This document shows positions 19,555 to 27,038 of a stretch of 35,147 bases of DNA, piece after piece. Every line of letters starts with the position of its first letter. The stretch's first letter is position 1. Position numbers and translations under genes: made by a program. This stretch comes from Ignavibacteriaceae bacterium (GTDB lineage Bacteria > Bacteroidota > Ignavibacteria > Ignavibacteriales > Ignavibacteriaceae). The notes below the pieces were generated by a model that worked only from the letters and a program-made list of their open reading frames with translations, did no database searches and was not told the origin of the DNA. The stretch is taken from the NCBI GenBank assembly GCA_035293265.1, contig DATDOL010000107.1, positions 1 through 35,147 on the forward strand, read 5' to 3'.

Positions 19555-21066
19555 TTAAGAAGTGATTTTTTCCAGCAGTGAAATTAAATCTTTTTTAGCA
19601 AAAGGTTTTACTAAAAATTCATCTGCGCCGGCTCTATAAAATTGCTGAATCTTATCCCGCATAAATTCACTTGATATTATCAGCAAAGGAATTTTTACAG
19701 CATTATCAGTCTTAAGTCTTTTACAAAGGTCAATCCCCTTATCCCAATAATTCTTTGTGATATCCATTATAATAACTCTAAAGTTATCCTCACCAACAAC
19801 TTTAGAATCAAATCCTCTGTAATTATATACTTTTATCTGATAGCTGCCTTTAAGAAAGGCCTTTAATAATTCGAAAGACTCTCCTGTATCATCAAGCATT
19901 AATATTTTAGCAGCACCATTTGCTTCAACAGTATATTTTTCTTTAATCAAAACACTCTTTTTAGACAGCGGCAATGTAAAAGTAAAAGTTGTTCCGACAC
20001 TCTTTATGCTGTCAACAAGCAATGATCCACCCATTTTTTCGATATATCTTTTAGCTAAAGCCAATCCCAAACCATTGCCTTCAAAATTTCTTCCAACATC
20101 CAGATTTTCCTGGCTGAATGGACGATAAAGATGATCAAGGTATTCGGTTGAAATCCCGATCCCTGTATCCTTAACTTTACAAACAGCGAGGTCTCTCTCC
20201 TTTAGCAACCCGACTTCAACATCTATAAAACCCTGCTGGGTAAACTTGACTGCATTATCCAATAAATTATTAATCACATTTTCGGTGCACTGTAAATCTA
20301 TTTCAACAAGCATACTATCAGCTTCAAAACTTGTTTTAAAGTCCAATTTTTTTTCTGCTGCAATTTTTTTATACGGTGCGACGCAATGATTAAATACATT
20401 TATCAGATCATAGCTTTCAATATTTAACTGGTAATTACCGGCTTCAATCTGGGCAAACTCAAGCATTTGGGTAATACTTTTAAACAACCTTTCGCTGCCT
20501 GAATAAAGATTGTCAAGGTAAACTTTTTCTTCATTGCTGATTCTATCTTTCAGATTTTCCTTAATAATAGTTGCGTATCCGAGAATAATATTAAGCGGAG
20601 TTCGCAGTTCATGTGACAGCACATTCAGAAATGTACTTTTTAATCTTTCGGCTTCTTTACTGGCATCACGGGATTTCTGAATTTCATTTTCTGCAAGTAT
20701 CATTTCTGTATGATCTTCATGCAGAAGTACAGCGTAATTTTTGTTTTGATACATTAACGGGAAAATGCTCGTTCTAAGCAACGGTACTGCGGCTTCTCGA
20801 TTAACAAGAAGACTATCACTGTAATTGTTTATCGAAGCATAGGTTTTATTTTCCAGAGTATCCGTGATTGATTGTATAATTCCATTTCGTCGCAACTCTG
20901 GATCTTTAAAAATAACATATTCCTGGAGTTCTGTCATTGAATAGCCCCACTGAACAATAAATTCGTTATTGATGTAAACTATATAACCTTTTTCATCAAT
21001 GATTTGAACAGGGAACCGCAGTGAGTCGTAAAGCAGTTTAAAATATTTATCAATAGTATCTGACAT
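19555..21066 (-). CDS. Hybrid sensor histidine kinase (PAS, HisKA, HATPase_c, receiver)
   Basis: H-box LSHELRTPLN, N-box NLLDNAVKF, G-boxes DTGIGIS and GNGLGLALAKRY. The C-terminal receiver has LMLDD, IIMDI and KPF. Confidence 0.9.
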   Translation of the reverse strand: MSDTIDKYFKLLYDSLRFPVQIIDEKGYIVYINNEFIVQWGYSMTELQEYVIFKDPELRRNGIIQSITDTLENKTYASINNYSDSLLVNREAAVPLLRTSIFPLMYQNKNYAVLLHEDHTEMILAENEIQKSRDASKEAERLKSTFLNVLSHELRTPLNIILGYATIIKENLKDRISNEEKVYLDNLYSGSERLFKSITQMLEFAQIEAGNYQLNIESYDLINVFNHCVAPYKKIAAEKKLDFKTSFEADSMLVEIDLQCTENVINNLLDNAVKFTQQGFIDVEVGLLKERDLAVCKVKDTGIGISTEYLDHLYRPFSQENLDVGRNFEGNGLGLALAKRYIEKMGGSLLVDSIKSVGTTFTFTLPLSKKSVLIKEKYTVEANGAAKILMLDDTGESFELLKAFLKGSYQIKVYNYRGFDSKVVGEDNFRVIIMDITKNYWDKGIDLCKRLKTDNAVKIPLLIISSEFMRDKIQQFYRAGADEFLVKPFAKKDLISLLEKITS

Positions 21067-21068
21067 TT

Positions 21069-22385
21069 CTAATTCACAGGTAATGAAAATTGAATCGATG
21101 TTCCGTTATTACTTTTCAATAATACAATCTCACCGTTATGACGATCGATAATGCTCTTACAAAGAAACAGACCATAACCACCTTTATGCAAACCAAATGT
21201 ATCAAATGAACCGGCATTAATATGTTTGGGTAAACCAGGACCGTCATCCGACATAATTACACAAATTTTATTGTCTTTTTCAAATGACTTTATAAACATC
21301 GTCACGTCTTTTTTTGCCTCTGCAGAATTTGTAATAAGAAGAACTATCAAATGCTGAATTTGTTCTGAATCATAATCGCACAGCGGTAATGCATTTAATT
21401 CTGTTTTAAAGATAATCGAGCTGTATTTTTTCATAGGAGAAAGATATTTAATGACAGATTGAATTGTTCTATTTAAATCCCCGCTGTCTTTGTTAAGATT
21501 CATAATGGAAGTTTCCAACAGCACCTGCGCATATTTCTGTATGCTGCGGATGCTATCGACAGCAACTTTAGACTTTAGCTTGAGACGGTCAAAAATCAGT
21601 GATTCGGGTGCATCTGTTGTGTCATCAAATTCTAACTGAGTTTTTTCAATCATCCTTAATAAACTTTCTGTTTCAAGAAGTGCAAGATGTACAAGTCCTT
21701 GTAATGATTTTCCAATCTCTGCATCAATGCTGGATTTTAATGTTTTTCTTTCTGCTTCTATCAACTGGGCATTGGCTTCCTGCAAAGCATTATAAGCGGC
21801 TATCTGTCCATCATAAAGTTGTGCATTACGAATTGCTGAAGCTGCCTGCCCGGCTAAAATTTCAAAAGTACCTGTTATTTCCCTGACTTTAACTTTTTGA
21901 AGATGTTTGCTATCGACGTAAATAACACCGATCTTTTTTTCATTGGTTATCAGCGGTGAGCAAAGAATTGTTTGCAGATCTAACTGAAGAATACTTTTTG
22001 TAGGATCGTTGGCTGAATCACTTTGTGCGCCTTCAATAAAAATTGATTGCCCGTTTAAGAAAACGTCTTCTACAACAGTGTTGCTTACTAGAAAAGAACT
22101 TTCCGATAAGGAATGATTCTTAGAATCCATTCCAATTTTATATTCGAGGGTTCCGAGAGAATTTTGAAGAACAATAAATCCGCGTTCTGAGTTTGTAAGT
22201 CTTATGGCATTCTTCAGCACAAGTTCAAGTACATCTTCCAATATTAATGAGCGATTTATTGTATTAACAATATTTAGAATCGCTTCAAGATTTTTTACTC
22301 TTTCGGATGATTCATCTTCTGTGAGAATGTTTTTAATTCCATCATCAATATTCTTTTTAAATTCCGAGAACTTCACCACATTCAC
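21069..22385 (-). CDS. GAF-domain sensor kinase-like protein with HATPase_c (non-canonical dimerisation/His region)
   Basis: The N-terminal GAF-like region reads SERGFIVLQN...IGVIYVDS. The C-terminal ATPase boxes are ITNSAEA, DDGPGLP and GGYGLFLCKSII. I see no clear HExxxP H-box. It lies 2 nt upstream of the hybrid kinase gene. Confidence 0.75.
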   Translation of the reverse strand: MNVVKFSEFKKNIDDGIKNILTEDESSERVKNLEAILNIVNTINRSLILEDVLELVLKNAIRLTNSERGFIVLQNSLGTLEYKIGMDSKNHSLSESSFLVSNTVVEDVFLNGQSIFIEGAQSDSANDPTKSILQLDLQTILCSPLITNEKKIGVIYVDSKHLQKVKVREITGTFEILAGQAASAIRNAQLYDGQIAAYNALQEANAQLIEAERKTLKSSIDAEIGKSLQGLVHLALLETESLLRMIEKTQLEFDDTTDAPESLIFDRLKLKSKVAVDSIRSIQKYAQVLLETSIMNLNKDSGDLNRTIQSVIKYLSPMKKYSSIIFKTELNALPLCDYDSEQIQHLIVLLITNSAEAKKDVTMFIKSFEKDNKICVIMSDDGPGLPKHINAGSFDTFGLHKGGYGLFLCKSIIDRHNGEIVLLKSNNGTSIQFSLPVN

Positions 22386-22434
22386 CTGTCATAAGTAATT
22401 TTCTTTTAACTTCTGTCACAGAATTAGCAGGCAA

Positions 22435-25400
22435 TTAATCTTTTAATAGTTTTAAAGAGATAAACCATTCCCAATCATTCATTTTATTTGACCAGGCTTT
22501 AGCAATTCCTGCTGAGAGTGTTGACTCTAAATTATACCAGTGCTTTAATTTTAAATCCATCTGCGCACCAACATCAATCCAGTAATCTCCCAAATCAGAA
22601 CGTGTTAATAATCCTTGTGAATAAACCGAAAAATCAACATGATTAAGCAGCTGATTTGCGAGCTCAATGTTGCTAAATCTAATTGGTGGAAAAGCGTTTT
22701 CAAACAATATTTTTGCAAATTTCTTAGTCATCATGCTATAGATTGGAATCCCAGGAAATCTGAAAACTTTTCTAAACTGCTTAATTTCGTCATTATCAAT
22801 TCCTCTGTTTCCAAAACCACCAAAATAAAACCTTGCCTGGACCAATTGTTCATTATCCCAGAGATAACCACCCGCAAATTTTACGTGTAAAACGTTATGA
22901 TGTGCAATCCAGGTTGAAAAATCACTGAATTCCGCATAAGTATTTACTGCTGTTTCAAGAGAGTCAAAATTTGTACCGTATAACGTTAATGTATAGTCGA
23001 AATTTGTTCCAAACTCATAATCTGAACTTCCAATGCTTCTACGCAAATTTTTTGAATTTAGATTGGTTGCTAAAACAGAAAAATCCGGCTGAGAAACTCT
23101 AACTAAGTTATCGTTAACAAACTCAACACCTCTATAAACAGTAAGCGTTGATGATTGCTTAATCTTAAGTGGATTATCATACTTCCAGAAATGAGTGTGT
23201 CCAAGTTTATAACTTTCGCCCAGCATACCTCTTTTTCTATTATTAAATAAATCAAAGAATTCAGGTCCATTGTAGCTGACTTCTAAAAATAAAAACTGTT
23301 TAAAATCATACTTAAATTTTAAATGAAACAGCGGATAATCTGGTGTTTCTTTGAGAGGTGAGACACCCACTTCTATATTAAAATCATGAATTAATAACGG
23401 ATCACCGATACGTGTGAAAAATCCAAACACAACCTGGTTTTGAAATCCGCTGACTACCGGCACAAATGAATGAATGTTCAGGTTTGATAAAGCATTGTAT
23501 TCTTTTTCTTTGGTGTAGCCGAATGGATCGCTGGTTTCATAAGAATCAGGCAGCACCCATTTCATAACTTCCGGGTATTTATTAAGAATTTCCTGACCCA
23601 TATAATTTATTGCCGGTAAATAATCTGCCGGCTGGTTTAACAGCATAACCGGAATAAATCCATCAGTTGTATACTCAAAAGCCAGTAATGAATCACGAGA
23701 AATCTCTATTGGTTTAACAAGACCTGTGAGACAATGTGAAATTGCTTTAACGCTCGAACTTTCAAAACTGTATCTATAAATATTTGATACGCCATTTGTA
23801 AACGCGTTCCAGTAAAGGAATTTTCCATCTTCACTCCAGGATGGATTTTCAGGACTTCCGCTGCTTGTTAATGTGCTGAATTCAAAATTTCCACCAGACA
23901 ATAATTTTTTTATATTCGTTAATATTATTGACTGAAGTCCATTAGATCGATGAAACACAGCAGAAAGTTTATCCCCGGTTTGATTCACAGCCAGATTGAA
24001 AATATCATCGCCAGCTTCAAAGGAAGCGATTTGACTAACCTTGTTGTAAGGATAAGGCATAACAACCAAAGTTTTTATTCCCCCGTTAACTTCTACTCCC
24101 CAGAGGTCACGTGTTCCGGGTGAAATACTTAAATCTCCTACCCTGTAATTTTCAAATAATAATTTTTTCTCGCCGGATTGTGTATCTAGTACCCAGATAT
24201 CCCTAAACAATTGATTATTATTTGTTGTAAAGAAAAATAATCCCGTACCTGGATCGAAAGCAGTTGATGCAACCTGGATCATACTCGGTGTTGGTAATGA
24301 TTCAATATCTTTTCTTTCTTCGGACCTGAGATCAAGTTTTTGTATTGAAGCAAGCTGATGCGATTTATGGTAACCGAAAAAAATATTTTGTGTCAGAGCG
24401 TCAAAGTGAGGCTGTGTTACCCATCCAAAGGCTTGATTACCAATTCTTCTTAGCTGAGTTGTTTCAGATTTATTTAATACTTCGAGGTTTATTGATTGAA
24501 ATTCTTTTTCATGAAGTATAAAGTCTTCCCAGGCTTCATCAAAGTCCTTATTAAATACAGTTTCAAATTTATTTTTAAATCCCGGATAAGAATCGTCTGG
24601 TTCAACCTTTATCCACTTAATCAGATTTTCATAACCATATACTATGCTGAGATAACATACAAACCTTGCTCCATAAATATAAGCGAGTGTTTCAAGCAGT
24701 ATTGAATTATGACTTCCAATTGTTTCTATTTCCAGTTGAGAGGAGAAATTTTTCTTTTCAAGCATGAGTGTCCTGAAGTACATTTCATCAAAACTTCCCA
24801 ACAGTCTTCCATAACCACCGCTAAACCAGGTTTCAATAAATACTGCAAAAGATTCTTGATACCATCTTGGAGTATATCTTTTAAAATTAGTTAACAAACT
24901 ATAAACAATTGTTGTCGGCTGAATTTTCTCAGGAGGAACTTTCCCAAAAATTTTACGCAGAAATGCTTCCACTCCGGTAGAATGATCGTTCACAACAATA
25001 TGTACAAGTTCATGACTTAGTAGCCATTGAATTCTGTCATTATAAGGAACAATTTCGTAACCTGGTTCAAGAGGCTCTATTTCTAAACGAATAAAGTTCT
25101 GAGGAACAGTTGTTATGCTGCCAAAGCCAAAATCGTTTACATCATAAGTATTGATAATAATTTTTTCTTTCGGTTTATAATCAAACAAATTCATAAGAGG
25201 TTTTAAAGCATTCTCAGCGTCGCTCAAAATCTTATTAATCAGGTATGCATGATTTTCTCTGTAAACTATTTTAAAATGTTCACTTTCACGTTCATACCAA
25301 TCGGAATCTGTTCGTTCAAAAAAGTGAATTCTAATTTCCTCTTTGCTGGCAGAATTTAACAATTCAACTGCAACTTTTTCAGAAATATTTTTTAAATAGA

Positions 25401-26064
25401 TTTCTACGTTTCCCTGGTCATTATAAACCAGTATATCTTCAATTAATCCTTTTGGCTTCAGATCAGCAAATTCTTTTGATATTACATTCGAATTCATTAT
25501 TCTAAGAATAAAAATACCTCCGCCGGTATTTGCAAGACGAATGTTGATTTGTTCCTTTGTTTTTAAATACAAATATGTATCGTTTTCCAATTCACCAATT
25601 TTTATCTGCATGACTGAATTCACCCCGGGAATTTCATCAGCGAGAGATATTTTATTAGGACTTAAGATAATTATTGCTCTATGATATGCAAGACTAAAAA
25701 GTTCAACAGCTTCATTCATCGACACAAAAATCAATTTATCCATTAAATGGGAAGATCTTTTTAACTGATGAGAAATGAATTGGTTTGTTTCTTTTGAATA
25801 AATAGTTGCAAATGGATTCCTTGAAGTAAAGGACAAAATATTATCGGGAAAATCAATTTCAATTTTTTCTGAATTGTCGGATACTGTTGATACAAGTTTA
25901 AGTGCGTCTGCAATTTTTTCAACAGCTATGTAAATTGTTCCGTTAAAATTATAAGCTAGTATTTGAAATGAATTGTTTTTTATTGTGAATGTTACGCTGG
26001 AAATTGTTTGTGCAGTTAAAAATGCATTCAAGAGAGTGAGGAATAGGAGTGTGTTTTTTAGCAT
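22435..26064 (-). CDS. Large secreted protein: signal peptide, peptidase-MA-like HExxH domain, PD40/TolB-like beta-propeller repeats, putative C-terminal beta-barrel
   Basis: 1209 aa. Signal peptide MLKNTLLFLTLLNAFLTAQ. It has SEHFKIVY, then HELVH (25000-25014), then a downstream WYQESFAVFIETW (gluzincin-like third ligand). PD40-like repeats include SPENPSWSEDGKFLYW...SNIYRY. The C-terminal ~350 aa has an alternating beta-strand pattern with FYFGGFGNRG. Confidence 0.7.
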   Translation of the reverse strand: MLKNTLLFLTLLNAFLTAQTISSVTFTIKNNSFQILAYNFNGTIYIAVEKIADALKLVSTVSDNSEKIEIDFPDNILSFTSRNPFATIYSKETNQFISHQLKRSSHLMDKLIFVSMNEAVELFSLAYHRAIIILSPNKISLADEIPGVNSVMQIKIGELENDTYLYLKTKEQINIRLANTGGGIFILRIMNSNVISKEFADLKPKGLIEDILVYNDQGNVEIYLKNISEKVAVELLNSASKEEIRIHFFERTDSDWYERESEHFKIVYRENHAYLINKILSDAENALKPLMNLFDYKPKEKIIINTYDVNDFGFGSITTVPQNFIRLEIEPLEPGYEIVPYNDRIQWLLSHELVHIVVNDHSTGVEAFLRKIFGKVPPEKIQPTTIVYSLLTNFKRYTPRWYQESFAVFIETWFSGGYGRLLGSFDEMYFRTLMLEKKNFSSQLEIETIGSHNSILLETLAYIYGARFVCYLSIVYGYENLIKWIKVEPDDSYPGFKNKFETVFNKDFDEAWEDFILHEKEFQSINLEVLNKSETTQLRRIGNQAFGWVTQPHFDALTQNIFFGYHKSHQLASIQKLDLRSEERKDIESLPTPSMIQVASTAFDPGTGLFFFTTNNNQLFRDIWVLDTQSGEKKLLFENYRVGDLSISPGTRDLWGVEVNGGIKTLVVMPYPYNKVSQIASFEAGDDIFNLAVNQTGDKLSAVFHRSNGLQSIILTNIKKLLSGGNFEFSTLTSSGSPENPSWSEDGKFLYWNAFTNGVSNIYRYSFESSSVKAISHCLTGLVKPIEISRDSLLAFEYTTDGFIPVMLLNQPADYLPAINYMGQEILNKYPEVMKWVLPDSYETSDPFGYTKEKEYNALSNLNIHSFVPVVSGFQNQVVFGFFTRIGDPLLIHDFNIEVGVSPLKETPDYPLFHLKFKYDFKQFLFLEVSYNGPEFFDLFNNRKRGMLGESYKLGHTHFWKYDNPLKIKQSSTLTVYRGVEFVNDNLVRVSQPDFSVLATNLNSKNLRRSIGSSDYEFGTNFDYTLTLYGTNFDSLETAVNTYAEFSDFSTWIAHHNVLHVKFAGGYLWDNEQLVQARFYFGGFGNRGIDNDEIKQFRKVFRFPGIPIYSMMTKKFAKILFENAFPPIRFSNIELANQLLNHVDFSVYSQGLLTRSDLGDYWIDVGAQMDLKLKHWYNLESTLSAGIAKAWSNKMNDWEWFISLKLLKD

Positions 26065-26159
26065 TTATAAATGAGTAAAACAATAATATCGATTTTAGGT
26101 TTAGTTTTTATTTCTCATTTAAAAGTAAACAAAATTAAAATATCATGTTTAATCGATAT

Positions 26160-26192
26160 AAAAAAAGCCTTCAAATTAAATTTGAAGGCTTT
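26160..26192 (-). terminator. Rho-independent terminator downstream of the repeat-peptide gene
   Basis: Arms 26164-26177 (AAAGCCTTCAAATT) and 26179-26192 (AATTTGAAGGCTTT) are perfectly complementary. Read on the minus strand, the hairpin is followed by a U-run (complement of the A-run 26160-26166). Confidence 0.75.
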
Positions 26193-26231
26193 TAAAGTAG
26201 GCAATCTGGAGAACTAATTTATACCACTTTA

Positions 26232-26717
26232 TTACCGAACCCAACCATAAAGGCTGCCAAGTTCATCAAGCTGTGTCGATGATCTTACCCAACCATATAA
26301 GCTGCCAAGCTCATCAAGCTGTGTTGACGATCTTACCCAACCATAAAGGCTGCCAAGTTCCTCAAGCTGTGTCGATGATCTTACCCAACCATAACGGCTG
26401 CCAAGTTCCTCAAGCTGTGTTGATGATCTTACCCAACCATATAGGCTGCCAAGTTCCTCAAGCTGAGAAGATGCTCTCACCCAACCATAACGACTACCAA
26501 GTTCCTCTAACTGCGTATTGGAACGCTGATCGAGAACTCTGATGTCAGAATGATTTTCCTCAAGAATTGAGGTATTGTTGTGGGATTCAGTAACAGCAGT
26601 TATATTATCCTCTGAAATTCGATATCGGATTGCCTGATCTACATTGTCGGCAATCTGGGCGATTCCAGAAAAGAATAGTCCCCCACAAATAACCAGGGAT
26701 AATATAAGAAAACGCAT
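26232..26717 (-). CDS. Secreted tandem-repeat peptide precursor: signal peptide, ~60-aa unique region, then six 16-aa units SSTQL[E/D]ELGS[L/R]YGWVR
   Basis: The ORF track starts at GTG 26726, but the ATG at 26717 gives MRFLILSLVICGGLFFSGIAQ, a typical signal peptide. Six in-frame 48-nt repeats fill 26235-26522, and the stop follows the last Arg directly. A sigma-54 promoter lies upstream and a terminator downstream, both on this strand. No known family recognised. Confidence 0.75.
   Translation of the reverse strand: MRFLILSLVICGGLFFSGIAQIADNVDQAIRYRISEDNITAVTESHNNTSILEENHSDIRVLDQRSNTQLEELGSRYGWVRASSQLEELGSLYGWVRSSTQLEELGSRYGWVRSSTQLEELGSLYGWVRSSTQLDELGSLYGWVRSSTQLDELGSLYGWVR
26235..26522 (-). 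repeat. Six contiguous 48-bp tandem repeats (coding, in frame)
   Basis: Unit boundaries are 26235, 26283, 26331, 26379, 26427 and 26475. Units are near-identical with scattered substitutions that are mostly synonymous. There are no spacers between units. Confidence 0.95.
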
Positions 26718-26777
26718 AGCGCCCACTCACTTTAATTGATAATGACACACTTGAACTGCGATTACAACTCACCCGAA

Positions 26778-26795
26778 AACTGTGTGCACACAGTT
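26778..26795. promoter_or_regulatory. 18-bp perfect palindrome AACTGTGTGCACACAGTT in the predicted 5' leader of the repeat-peptide gene
   Basis: The sequence equals its own reverse complement. It lies between the sigma-54 promoter (26817-26831) and the start codon (26717). It is comparatively GC-rich for this intergenic region. Confidence 0.5.
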
Positions 26796-26816
26796 CAGTT
26801 TAAGCAGATAAAAAAC

Positions 26817-26831
26817 CCAATGTTTGTGCCA
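26817..26831 (-). promoter_or_regulatory. Sigma-54 (-24/-12) promoter candidate: TGGCAC-AAACA-TTGG
   Basis: The minus-strand sequence TGGCACAAACATTGG matches the TGGCAC-N5-TTGC consensus with correct spacing and one mismatch (final C to G). It sits ~100 nt upstream of the repeat-peptide ATG and next to a sigma-54 activator gene. Confidence 0.65.
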
Positions 26832-27038
26832 TTAGAAAAGAGATAATCAATTGAAATTTTAATCTATTTAGATGATATGTAAGGAAATAATTACCAAAAT
26901 TCTCACGTAATTATTCTAATTTGTAAAAAATAGTTACAGTTTTTTGAAATTACACTAACTATTTCATCAATAACTTAAGTGCGAAAATTTACAAAAAATG
27001 AGGGAATTTGAAATCAATTATTCGAAAAACGAAACAAG

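Noticed and set aside
26130-26137. TAATTTTG (minus strand) as an FCB-type -7 promoter element for the 1209-aa protein gene; a similar TAATTTTG lies at 11501-11508 upstream of pta
   Set aside because: The motif matches the Bacteroidetes TAnnTTTG consensus. However, such 8-mers are frequent in AT-rich spacers, and I cannot verify that this organism uses that promoter type. The support is too weak to report as a feature.
26235-26522. Possible CRISPR array, given regularly spaced ~48-bp repeats
   Set aside because: The units are contiguous with no unique spacers and are in frame within a signal-peptide ORF. There are no cas genes or leader in the window. This is a coding tandem repeat.
26273-26542. 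89-aa plus-strand ORF (..ILPNHISCQAHQAVLT.. repeats) running antisense through the 48-bp repeat array
   Set aside because: It lies entirely inside the repeats, so an open antisense frame is simply propagated by the repetition. It has no signal peptide or unique flanking sequence. The sigma-54 promoter, the terminator U-run and the signal-peptide-containing N-terminus all support the minus strand as coding.
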